A stretch of 53,359 nt of DNA, from positions 1 through 53,359 of the forward strand of contig MHTS01000027.1 in NCBI GenBank assembly GCA_001824915.1, read 5' to 3'. Position numbers and translations under genes: made by a program. Positions 44,191 through 52,783 of the stretch are shown one piece after another. The notes beneath the pieces were generated by a model. That model was not told where the DNA came from, searched no databases, and saw only the letters and a list, made by a program, of their open reading frames with translations. How positions within the stretch are numbered: the stretch's first letter is position 1; every line of letters starts with the position of its first letter. The stretch comes from Candidatus Wildermuthbacteria bacterium RIFCSPHIGHO2_01_FULL_48_27b (GTDB lineage: Bacteria; Patescibacteriota; Minisyncoccia; Minisyncoccales; UBA10102).

Positions 44191-45561
44191 CTACCCACCT
44201 ATTTGGGGAAGAGCCTGAAAATGCGGATGAAACTTCGAGAAAATACCTTCCGTATTTAAGCATTCAAAAAATCCTTTTATTTCATCTCGCGTTCCCAGAG
44301 CAAGGTAATATTCAAACGTACGCACGAGACGATCTGTACACAACAAAGCTTTTTGCAGATTCAGGCGGAGCCCCCCTTCTGTCTCCTCGAGACCTCCGCC
44401 CCCCAGAAGCGCGTCGAGAAAGGCGGCATATCCATAAAGCAAATTTTCAAAACGTCGGCGTTTGTCAAACGCGGCAAGATAGTATAATGCCTGGCATATT
44501 TCGGCAAGCACCATTGCTTCGAGATCTTTTTCGGTAATAGCATTTTTTAAATAGAGGAAACCTGCTGATTTTATCGTGAGGATATCTCCGTATACTTCGT
44601 CGATATACGCGAAGTATTCCTGAAGGCGAATCACAGCGTCGTCATAGCGCACGAGAGAACGGCGCATTTCATCAATAACAGAAATCCGCACCAACGCGTC
44701 CTCCATTTGAGAAACACTGCGACCTTCCTGTGTTTTTTTGTCAAAAGCACGCTGGAAAATTGGCTGCATCCACTTTTCCACGCGCAATTTTGCCATTGAG
44801 AGAAAGACTGTTGACATTGTCCCGTGCTTTTTTATCAGCTTAATATCCGCGGAAGAAGGCAGGTTATTGGACATAAATAGATAGTCGGCATCAAGACCGG
44901 CGAGCAACAGGGTGTCTTCCGCGCGCACGCGGATCTGCGACACCGTAGTCTTTTTCGCTCCGGGCAAGAACGTAGGAATACTGGTCAGAATAAGAGTTCT
45001 CATCCGAGAAACCTCTGCCATACGATCTTCATTTAACACTCCTATCCACGCGGTATACGCGCGTTTTTGATGAAAATGCCGGTCAAGAAAACGATCAAAG
45101 GGACCTAGAACGCAACCAATTTTTGAAGTGTTTGTTTTGAGCCACAAAATATTGCTTTGATCGAAGTTGTCTTTCAGCAGATCCTGCGCGCGGGCTACAA
45201 GGTATGCCTTAAACGCTTTGTCGTCGCTCAAGGCGGCCGCCTCTTTGAGAAGTTTCGCAACGCGCGTGAGCTCTTTCCTAAACTTTTTGCTATAAGGAAC
45301 TGCCACAAGCTTCCCCGCCTTGTTTCTCACCACAAATGTATACGGGCTCAAAATCGAGGGGTTTTTCTTCGCTGCTTTTTGGATCTCCTCTCGAGTGGCG
45401 TCGGGCGGATAAAAATTCGCTCCCGGGTACTTGGAGTTTTTTTGCGCCTCGTACAGTGGCACGATAAGCTTTGCTGCGGCAGTAAGCTTTTCAACAACTT
45501 TCTTTTCTCCCGCGGATAATCCTGAAGGGCCTGGTTTAAATATTTGGAAGGAGGAAGACAT
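44191..45561 (-). CDS. hypothetical protein (456 aa)
   Basis: Long clean AT-rich host-like ORF. No catalytic motif recognised by eye. Confidence 0.7.
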   Translation of the reverse strand: MSSSFQIFKPGPSGLSAGEKKVVEKLTAAAKLIVPLYEAQKNSKYPGANFYPPDATREEIQKAAKKNPSILSPYTFVVRNKAGKLVAVPYSKKFRKELTRVAKLLKEAAALSDDKAFKAYLVARAQDLLKDNFDQSNILWLKTNTSKIGCVLGPFDRFLDRHFHQKRAYTAWIGVLNEDRMAEVSRMRTLILTSIPTFLPGAKKTTVSQIRVRAEDTLLLAGLDADYLFMSNNLPSSADIKLIKKHGTMSTVFLSMAKLRVEKWMQPIFQRAFDKKTQEGRSVSQMEDALVRISVIDEMRRSLVRYDDAVIRLQEYFAYIDEVYGDILTIKSAGFLYLKNAITEKDLEAMVLAEICQALYYLAAFDKRRRFENLLYGYAAFLDALLGGGGLEETEGGLRLNLQKALLCTDRLVRTFEYYLALGTRDEIKGFFECLNTEGIFSKFHPHFQALPQIGG

Positions 45562-45574
45562 AAAAAATGCGCTA

Positions 45575-46051
45575 CTAGTATTGAACTTTTAATACCTTGC
45601 ACACATGATTCACCAGCTCGGTTTTCACCTCTACAACATCTCCCACTATTGCGCCCAGCAGCCTCGCTCCGAGAGGAGATTGGTTGGAAATTTTCTTTTG
45701 TACGGGATCTGCTTCAAGCGTACCCACAATAGTGAACTCATCTATTTCCCCTCCGAGATCAACCGTAACGGTTGCTCCAAGCCACACCTTCTGTTTTTCC
45801 TTCCCTTTTGGCGCACTAATAAGTTCCGCGTTCTGCAGAATGTTTTCGTGCTCTGCGATTTTCGCGTCAAGCAAACTTATATCCTCCTGGAAGGCAAGAT
45901 ATTCAGGATTCGCCTCTTCTGAGTGCAGCAGGTTAGGCGTTTCTCCCATTGTCTTTTGGCGTTTAAAATCCCGCAGCCTTTCATATTCTGCCTTTACTTT
46001 TTCTAATCCCTCTTTGGTTACGTAGAATTTGTCGAGCATCATAGTTGTCAT
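45575..46051 (-). CDS. greA: transcription elongation factor GreA
   Basis: VTKEGLEKVKAEYERL coiled-coil N-terminus and a C-terminal FKBP-like domain (ISNQSPLGARLLGAIVGDVVEV). Confidence 0.9.
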   Translation of the reverse strand: MTTMMLDKFYVTKEGLEKVKAEYERLRDFKRQKTMGETPNLLHSEEANPEYLAFQEDISLLDAKIAEHENILQNAELISAPKGKEKQKVWLGATVTVDLGGEIDEFTIVGTLEADPVQKKISNQSPLGARLLGAIVGDVVEVKTELVNHVCKVLKVQY

Positions 46052-46065
46052 AGGAGTTTTTGATG

Positions 46066-46143
46066 AAAAAATCTGGCTTTTGGCTGCCAGATTTATTGAT
46101 TCGTTTCGATATGTTGGTGGATCACCGAGTCAATAAATCTGGC
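46066..46143 (-). promoter_or_regulatory. greA leader switch: an 18-bp hairpin mutually exclusive with a short terminator
   Basis: Minus-strand RNA reads GCCAGAUUUAUUGACUCG...CGAAUCAAUAAAUCUGGC-AGCCAAAA-GCCAG-AUUUUUU. The CUGGC segment is shared between the long hairpin and the CUGGC/GCCAG terminator. Promoter TTGACA-16-TATAAT at 46227-46254. Confidence 0.5.
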
Positions 46144-46322
46144 CGCTAGTTTGGAAAATGGCTTTTACCAAGGGGATATATGAAAATTGAAGCGTTGTAT
46201 CAATACTTTTCATAGATGCATAACCTATTATAGAGAACCAAGCGAGGTTGTCAATACCTTCTTGTTTTTTTAAGTCTTTAGCGTAAAATACTTTAAATCT
46301 TAAATCATTTAGGAGGGATAAA

Positions 46323-47186
46323 TTAAAATTTTGGGGGAATAGTTTTTGGCAAAATGGGAACTTCTCCCGTAGAAACGACTGCTTGCCTTACTCCGGGCAA
46401 AGCCCGTATTTCATCCTCCACAAATGCCTCTATGTTTTCCAGGTTTCGCGCGAGCAACCCCACGGTAAGATTGTAGGCTCCCGTAATCTTTGCCAAATGG
46501 TACACCTCCTGGCACTTCTCGAGCTTCTCAATTAATTGTTCAAGAGTTTTCCTGTCTGCCTCAACATTGATTTGGGCCGCTATAGTATAAAATTGATCGG
46601 CCTGCAAAGAAGCATATACCCGTATAAGTTTTTCTTTCAGAAGTTTGTCGACTCTATTCTTTACTGCCACAGAGCTCAAGCGCAACTTCTTGGCAACTTC
46701 AGTAAACGACTCCCTGCCGTTTTGCGCCAAGTACTGAATGAGCTTCAAATCTATGGCATCAAGCTCTTCCAACCCCCAAATTGCCTCTGCGGAATATTGT
46801 GCTACGGCAAAATCAGCCATTCCTGTCCGGTCAAAAAAGCAAGCGAACTTAATATCTTTGATATTCCACTCCTTCTTTTTCATTCGTACAGCCTCCATGG
46901 AACGTTTGTACGCCTTTCCTGTTACGATATCGTTGTTTACAATGAGCACCTTTCTTCCGCGCACCAATTTTTCGTCGAGATCTGCCCCGTCATCCTCCAT
47001 TGTAGCAAGAACCACATTGGTCTTTTTCCTTTTCTTTAACCATGCGACAAGCGCCTCGCCATAAAATATGCCCTCGGGCCGCAAACAAAGAATGCAAACA
47101 TCATCCTTCCCTAAATAGGCTTCAATGTCCTTTCCAACCGTATCAACAAACTTTTTGAGCGTTTCAAATTCTAAAAGATTGACCAT
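46323..47186 (-). CDS. phosphoribosyltransferase-like domain fused to an Lrp/AsnC-family transcriptional regulator
   Basis: N half has a PRPP-loop-like KVLIVNNDIVTGKAY. C half has the Lrp HTH (IDLKLIQYLAQNGRESFTEVAKKLRLSSVAVKNRVDKL) plus a RAM-type domain. Start chosen at MVNLLEF (47186). Confidence 0.75.
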   Translation of the reverse strand: MVNLLEFETLKKFVDTVGKDIEAYLGKDDVCILCLRPEGIFYGEALVAWLKKRKKTNVVLATMEDDGADLDEKLVRGRKVLIVNNDIVTGKAYKRSMEAVRMKKKEWNIKDIKFACFFDRTGMADFAVAQYSAEAIWGLEELDAIDLKLIQYLAQNGRESFTEVAKKLRLSSVAVKNRVDKLLKEKLIRVYASLQADQFYTIAAQINVEADRKTLEQLIEKLEKCQEVYHLAKITGAYNLTVGLLARNLENIEAFVEDEIRALPGVRQAVVSTGEVPILPKTIPPKF

Positions 47187-47308
47187 ACGAAAGATATAGT
47201 AGAGTTTCTTTACGTGAATTATACACAATCCCCGGCAAAAGAAAAGTATTGACAGAAATAGACAAACAATGTTCGCTTAAGTCAGTACTTACCTCGAGGA
47301 GCGTTACT

Positions 47309-48103
47309 ATGGTAATCCTGTCAACCGATCCATCCATTCGTTACATCCTCGTGGACTTAGACGGTACCACTTTCCCAACCGAGGGCCCTCTGCCGGAAGG
47401 TTTCCACGAAAATCTTAGCACTTTCTCTGGGCTCATCGAGAGAGCGAATAGGGGAGAATTTCCGAAGATCGGCTTCTGTACGGGTCGAGAGCTAAATTAC
47501 GTCGAGGGAGCAACAAGAACTCTAACCCTACCTGATGGCTGGTCAGTGCTAGAAAATGGGCTGTTTATTTACAACCTGGCAACAGGAGTACGGATAAACC
47601 ACCCGCTCTTGACCCCAGAAGCTAAGACTGTGTTTCAGAACATCCGGGATAGAATCTGGGTCGTTACCTACCGCTTTCCCGATCTGGAAGCATACCTCAA
47701 AAAAGAAGTACATATCGCGCTGGAGCGGCGCAATCGTTGGATTAACCTTGCAGAGTATGTCGCTCCGATCCAAGAAATGTTCATCGAATTCAAGAAGCAG
47801 ATGGACGTGGTCTGCTCGGGCCACGCCATCGACTTGCTCGTTAATGGCATCAACAAGGGCTCGGGATTACAGGAGCTATGCGATTGGAGCGGCGTATCTC
47901 CCAAAGAAGTCCTTATCATTGGAGATTCTCCCAACGACTTTCCCGCGATGGATCTTGCAGGATCTATAGGATGTCCCTCCAACGCCGACGAAAAGTGCAA
48001 GGAGTTTGTACGCAACAAGGGAGGACACGTTTCACTCCTCCCCTATGTAGTGGGAGTGGTGGACATCATCAAACACTACCTCCCAAACGCTGGACAGGCC
48101 TAA
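47309..48103 (+). CDS. HAD-IIB (Cof-type) phosphatase
   Basis: YILVDLDGT (motif I) and LIIGDSPNDFPAM (motif IV). GAGGAG SD before ATG 47309. Moderately GC-rich. Confidence 0.8.
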   Translation: MVILSTDPSIRYILVDLDGTTFPTEGPLPEGFHENLSTFSGLIERANRGEFPKIGFCTGRELNYVEGATRTLTLPDGWSVLENGLFIYNLATGVRINHPLLTPEAKTVFQNIRDRIWVVTYRFPDLEAYLKKEVHIALERRNRWINLAEYVAPIQEMFIEFKKQMDVVCSGHAIDLLVNGINKGSGLQELCDWSGVSPKEVLIIGDSPNDFPAMDLAGSIGCPSNADEKCKEFVRNKGGHVSLLPYVVGVVDIIKHYLPNAGQA

Positions 48104-48233
48104 TCTAAGAGTCGGATATCCTCCGGCTCTTTCCATTTGCAAAGCTATTCTTTTTGTGTTAATGCTACAAATAAGAGAGCCACCTGCCCTTCCAAGGACA
48201 GGCAGAGCCTCCAGGCAAATTTGGGAGGGTAAG

Positions 48234-48836
48234 ATGTCAACGAATGAGAGGGTCGCAACCGTGCACCGTACGACTGGGGAAACGGACGTCAGCATCACGC
48301 TCAACCTGGACGGCTCTGGTCAGTACGAAGGCAAAACCGGACAGGGTTTCCTCGACCACATGCTTGCGCAGATCGCGCGCCACGGCATACTGGATATCAC
48401 TGTCGATGCGACCGGCGATAATACTGGTACCCACCACCTGGTGGAGGATGTCGCCATCGTCCTGGGTCAGGCGCTGCGCAAGGCCATCGGCGAGGGGGCC
48501 GGTATCACCCGGATGGGCGATGCGACTGTCCCGCTCGACGAAGCTCTGGCTCGATGCGCTGTCGATCTGTCGGGCCGTCCCTATGCGGTCATCAACACGG
48601 ACCTCCATGGTCAGGACGTCGAAGGACTGCCAGGAGATATGCTCGACCATTTCTTGGAGTCCTTCGCGCTGGAGGCGCGTATCGCCCTGCATTGCCGTGT
48701 ACTGTACGGACGCAACGCCCATCACAAGGCAGAAGCGACGTTCAAAGCGTTGGCGCGGGCGCTACGAACCGCCGTCACTATGGACCCGCGCCGCCAAGAC
48801 ACGGTACCAAGTACGAAAGAAACCATAGCGGGGTAG
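48234..48836 (+). CDS. hisB: imidazoleglycerol-phosphate dehydratase
   Basis: RTTGETDVSITLNLDG, GFLDHML, GDNTGTHHLVEDVAI and GRNAHHKAEATFKALARAL. GGGAGGG SD before ATG 48234. GC-rich. Confidence 0.9.
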   Translation: MSTNERVATVHRTTGETDVSITLNLDGSGQYEGKTGQGFLDHMLAQIARHGILDITVDATGDNTGTHHLVEDVAIVLGQALRKAIGEGAGITRMGDATVPLDEALARCAVDLSGRPYAVINTDLHGQDVEGLPGDMLDHFLESFALEARIALHCRVLYGRNAHHKAEATFKALARALRTAVTMDPRRQDTVPSTKETIAG

Positions 48837-48839
48837 TAA

Positions 48840-48870
48840 GGGTCAGGATTTCTCCTGACCCTCTTATTTT
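48840..48870 (+). terminator. rho-independent terminator after hisB
   Basis: GGGTCAGGA-TTTC-TCCTGACCC followed by TCTTATTTT. Confidence 0.7.
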
Positions 48871-48877
48871 CCCGTTT

Positions 48878-49906
48878 CTATTTACTTATTAAGGAATGTA
48901 GCGATAAAACTCCCCGGACACCTCTCTGAACGTAGATCTGAAAATATGCCTTCTCTTGTTTAGAAGCGTCAAAATATCGCAAAATCCCCCACCAAATTCC
49001 TACCAACAAAGCCGCGATAACCGCCCAATAAATCTGCGAGCGATCGAGCTTCTTTTTGTACGCCTTATCCGCCACAGACAAAAACCGTTCAAATACTTCT
49101 TGAGACATTTGAGGAGGATTAAAAAAACTGTCGCGAAACGCAAACCCAAGATCATAAAAAATTCCTCCTTTCTCGTTTAAACCTGCATACTCAAAATCCA
49201 AAAGGCGGAGCATACCATTCTTTGAAACAAGGATATTCTGGAAAATAATGTCATTATGTGACGAAATGCCCAGGGGAGTTTCTTGGAGGCGCTGTTCTGC
49301 CTCTTTTTCAATGACAAGAAGTTCTGTCAGCGTCCCTTTGGAGAAAAACTTGCTCAACGAATGGCGCATTGCCTTGAGACGATACTTTCGTATTTCATCC
49401 TGAAATACATTGTACGGATTTACAAACCTCACTCCGCTCCCGTGGAAGGCGGCAAGCGTTTTTGCCAAAGCCCTCTGGTAGCGCCTCTGCCTGAAATGTC
49501 GCATAGTCAGTTCGCTCCCCTCCAAAAACTCGCTCACTATAGTTCCATCGGGCACGTCGAAGTGTTCTTTGCTCGCCGGAGCTAAGCTATTTTTTCTCTT
49601 GAGAATGTAGAGCCGATACTTGGGCAAAATGCGCCGCAGTTTTTTATTGCGCGCCATGGCGAGAATATTTTTACCCTCATTGGCTCTATCTACGACATCC
49701 TCACGTTCCCAAGGCAAGCGCACAAAAAATTTCTTTACCCTGAGCTTGCCCGCCTTGCCGCGAGGCAAGCCGAAGGGTTCTCGGTACGTTACAACAAAAT
49801 TTCTATTTGTCTGCCCGCCTAAGCGTTTTACCTGGATAATCTCCGGCTTCCATCTCCGATCCAAACGACAAATAAGCTTCAAGTCCTGCTTGCTTATCTT
49901 TCGCAT
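48878..49906 (-). CDS. APH/choline-kinase-like phosphotransferase family protein
   Basis: Catalytic-loop SHNDIIFQNILV (HxDxxxxN) and LLDFEYAGL (DFE). Confidence 0.75.
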   Translation of the reverse strand: MRKISKQDLKLICRLDRRWKPEIIQVKRLGGQTNRNFVVTYREPFGLPRGKAGKLRVKKFFVRLPWEREDVVDRANEGKNILAMARNKKLRRILPKYRLYILKRKNSLAPASKEHFDVPDGTIVSEFLEGSELTMRHFRQRRYQRALAKTLAAFHGSGVRFVNPYNVFQDEIRKYRLKAMRHSLSKFFSKGTLTELLVIEKEAEQRLQETPLGISSHNDIIFQNILVSKNGMLRLLDFEYAGLNEKGGIFYDLGFAFRDSFFNPPQMSQEVFERFLSVADKAYKKKLDRSQIYWAVIAALLVGIWWGILRYFDASKQEKAYFQIYVQRGVRGVLSLHSLISK

Positions 49907-49909
49907 AGT

Positions 49910-51157
49910 TCAAAAAAGGGATTTCTGCGGAGTAATGGCTTGCTGTTCTCCCTGTTCAAATATTTTAATCTTTCCATACTCTCCGTCGTATCCCGGCTCA
50001 ATTTGCACCCTTCTCTCTCTAACCCTTATGATTCCTTCCGCGATTTCCGGCAAGGTAGCAGATTGCAGCGATGATTGATCTGCGTTAAGCAAAATCTCAA
50101 ACTCGCTTCCCAATGTGTGAATAAGCTTTTCATATTCCTCTCTCACCCTCCTGGAAATAACCCCTACACCTAAAGCATCCGCGATGATTTCTTCCAACGG
50201 TATTAAGCTCTTGAATGGAGTTGTTCCTTGGGGCGTTGTCCCCTCGGGCCTATCCGCCAATTCCGCAACACGGTTGAGAACGCCTATGGTCAACGGCCTG
50301 CCGCATTTTGGGCATACATTATTGTGCTCTTTTGATTCTTCGGGCTTCATGCTTACCTGGCACAACCGGTGGCCGTCATAGTGATACTTTCCCTCCTCCG
50401 GGAAAAACTCTACTGTGAATAAAAATTTGGAAGGATCTTTTTTCTTAATTGCTTCCGCGATACCCTTGTAGCTCACCTCCGTATCAAACACGTTGGCTTC
50501 TCTCCCAATTTTTGCGAGCGAATGGGAGTCGGAGTTGCTGATGAGCGTTCTATTGTCCAGCTGCGACAACCGCCAGTTCATCGCCGGATCAGACGACAAT
50601 CCGGTTTCAATAGCGTAAATATATTTTGCGTACTCGTCAAAACATTCTTGAATTGAGTTAAAGCCCGATTTGGAACCAAACACACTGAACCACGGAGTCC
50701 ACGCGTGCGCCGGAATCACCATACAATCCTCGTGTGCGTCGAGAACGATTTTGAGCACTTCCTTTGAATCAATCCCAATGATAGGCCTCCCATCGGATTT
50801 CAAATTCCCCCTCCAGCCTAATTGCGTGTTAATTTTCTCCACGGCCTGAAACGATGGAGCGAAAATCAAAAGATGCACCCTTCTCCCTCGCCCGCCTTTC
50901 GAGTAAATGCAGCTGATTTCCGTGGTGAGCAGGAAACGTGTTCCCGTAGCGCTTCCCTTCAACTTATACAGTCCCGATTCTGTAGGCTCTAATTTTTCTT
51001 GCAATTCCTTGAACCAAACAGGATGCGTGAAATCGCCCGGACTGATAACGCCGATCCCCTTGGTCTTTGCCCACTTATCCAGATTCTCCACATTCATATC
51101 CTTCGATGTTGCCCTCGCGTATTTGGAGTGAATATGGAAATCACCAACAAATTTCAT
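49910..51157 (-). CDS. endonuclease Q-like PHP-domain nuclease
   Basis: MKFVGDFHIHSKYARATS, an N-terminal PHP motif as in archaeal EndoQ, plus the zinc finger CPKCGRPLTIGVLNRV. ATGA overlap with the upstream nuclease gene. Confidence 0.7.
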   Translation of the reverse strand: MKFVGDFHIHSKYARATSKDMNVENLDKWAKTKGIGVISPGDFTHPVWFKELQEKLEPTESGLYKLKGSATGTRFLLTTEISCIYSKGGRGRRVHLLIFAPSFQAVEKINTQLGWRGNLKSDGRPIIGIDSKEVLKIVLDAHEDCMVIPAHAWTPWFSVFGSKSGFNSIQECFDEYAKYIYAIETGLSSDPAMNWRLSQLDNRTLISNSDSHSLAKIGREANVFDTEVSYKGIAEAIKKKDPSKFLFTVEFFPEEGKYHYDGHRLCQVSMKPEESKEHNNVCPKCGRPLTIGVLNRVAELADRPEGTTPQGTTPFKSLIPLEEIIADALGVGVISRRVREEYEKLIHTLGSEFEILLNADQSSLQSATLPEIAEGIIRVRERRVQIEPGYDGEYGKIKIFEQGEQQAITPQKSLF

Positions 51158-51930
51158 AGAAGTGTGGGATGGCAAATATTTTTTTCGTAATTCGGGATTC
51201 TAGAAAGCCATTCTTTGTTCGCCCATTCCCAACGTTCTTTCAAATCGAAAAATCGTTCCAAGTCGCGTTCATAGCCCTTGAGTTCCTGAAATTCAATTTC
51301 TCCCTTTACACCGCTCCATTGATGATTGCATAGTTCATTTCCGCCGGTTATCCGCGCCGTTTCATACTTCTCCCGCACTTTCGCAAAACATCCCAAGCAT
51401 TCCGCGTACTGATCAACTCGCAAAATCCAGCGCTTCTTGCACATCCGCAAGCTCTCGGATTCCATTGCGTTGTACGCATTCATGTACGCGGCCGTTTGCA
51501 AGCCATATTCTTTCGCCACGCTCGTGCTGGTTTTCAAATCAATAATACTCAACACTCCCTCGACTTCAGCCACGATATCAATGGTTCCCGCATACCCCCG
51601 TTCCAAATCCAAAACTCTTCTCTCGATATCGGCCGCGGGATTCCTGATAGCAAGAGGATACTGGACTCTCCACTGCCGAAAGGTTTCAATGCTTACCATA
51701 ATACGCGCGTCGAACTCCTCCTCCTCGCCCTTCAGAATTTTCCCTACGGCTTCGTGCATCATTGTCCCCCAGAGTGCGGCTTGTTGGAATCCGAAACGCC
51801 TCCCAAAAATATCTCCTCTTCTTAAAAAAGAAAATCCATTCGCTAAAGCGGTAATGGACGTTACGCGCGGAAACCAAACCCCATCGATCTCATATCCGAA
51901 CTTTTCTTTAAACAAATCAACGGTCATCAT
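51154..51930 (-). CDS. PD-(D/E)XK superfamily nuclease
   Basis: GTIDIVAEVEGVLSIIDLKTS (D...DxK) core. ATGA overlaps at both ends. Confidence 0.6.
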   Translation of the reverse strand: MMTVDLFKEKFGYEIDGVWFPRVTSITALANGFSFLRRGDIFGRRFGFQQAALWGTMMHEAVGKILKGEEEEFDARIMVSIETFRQWRVQYPLAIRNPAADIERRVLDLERGYAGTIDIVAEVEGVLSIIDLKTSTSVAKEYGLQTAAYMNAYNAMESESLRMCKKRWILRVDQYAECLGCFAKVREKYETARITGGNELCNHQWSGVKGEIEFQELKGYERDLERFFDLKERWEWANKEWLSRIPNYEKNICHPTLL

Positions 51931-52454
51931 ATTGCTATCCCAAACATTGTTTTTATGCCCCACCCCACTCCGTATGCCACCGAGGAAGCAACCACTCCTA
52001 TAGCCAGCATCTCAAGTCCGGCTTTCAGGAAATTTCCCTTCGTGATATATGTGCGAGCTGCGCCTACAGAGAAAAACATCGCCGTCGCCAACACGCTTGA
52101 AAAGAGAAACTGCTGCGCATCTGGAAAACTAAAAAGGTACGGAATAATCGGCACAACTCCGGCTATTACAAACGCGCCGAAGGTTACCAACCCATGCTGA
52201 AGAGGCGTTACGAATTCTCGCGGCTGTTTTGCCATTTCTCGCTCGGTGCGAATAGCGAGGAAATTGGACGCTCCCATGGAAAATCCATCCGCAAGCAAAT
52301 TTGCAAATCCCAAAATCACGATCACTCCCGGAGACAACAGCGCCCCGGCAGCCCCCGCAACAACCGCAAAAGTGGTGATGATACCGTCGTTCGCGCCGTA
52401 CACAAAAGCTCCGATATACGTGCCATCGCGAAACCTTTTCCAAAATGCCCTCAT
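51927..52454 (-). CDS. VIT1/CCC1 family iron/manganese transporter
   Basis: FVYGANDGIITTFAVVAGAAGA. 175 aa with TM-rich C half. Confidence 0.85.
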   Translation of the reverse strand: MRAFWKRFRDGTYIGAFVYGANDGIITTFAVVAGAAGALLSPGVIVILGFANLLADGFSMGASNFLAIRTEREMAKQPREFVTPLQHGLVTFGAFVIAGVVPIIPYLFSFPDAQQFLFSSVLATAMFFSVGAARTYITKGNFLKAGLEMLAIGVVASSVAYGVGWGIKTMFGIAI

Positions 52455-52498
52455 AAGATTCTCTATTCTAGCAAAAACCGCAACCTAAAACAACCGTG

Positions 52499-52783
52499 TT
52501 AAAACCCAAACTCGCGTATGACAAAATCTTTAAATTCGCCCGTGGGCTCTTCTTCTACGACATCGCACCGGTTCACCCTTGCCAAGGGCGTGCCTTTTTT
52601 ACACCACTCCACAAACCGTCCCACCCCCTCTTTCTCTCCTTCTGCCACAAGTTCTACCCGCCCGTCCACAAGATTATGCGCCCAACCGCCAAGCTCCAGC
52701 TCACGTGCCCGTTTCTGCGCCCCTGCGCGAAAAAATACTCCCTGCACGCGTCCGGAAACAAATATACGCACTCTTTCTTTCAT
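52499..52783 (-). CDS. acyP: acylphosphatase
   Basis: VRIFVSGRVQGVFFRAGAQKRARELELGGWAHNLVDGRVELVAEG. 94 aa. Confidence 0.9.
   Translation of the reverse strand: MKERVRIFVSGRVQGVFFRAGAQKRARELELGGWAHNLVDGRVELVAEGEKEGVGRFVEWCKKGTPLARVNRCDVVEEEPTGEFKDFVIREFGF

Noticed and set aside
48156-48892. Overlapping ORFs around hisB (48237..48725 -, 48244..48828 +, 48554..48892 +) and the N-terminal extension from 48156.
   Set aside because: Same GC-rich artefact. Only the frame starting at ATG 48234, which has a GGGAGGG SD, shows IGPD motifs.
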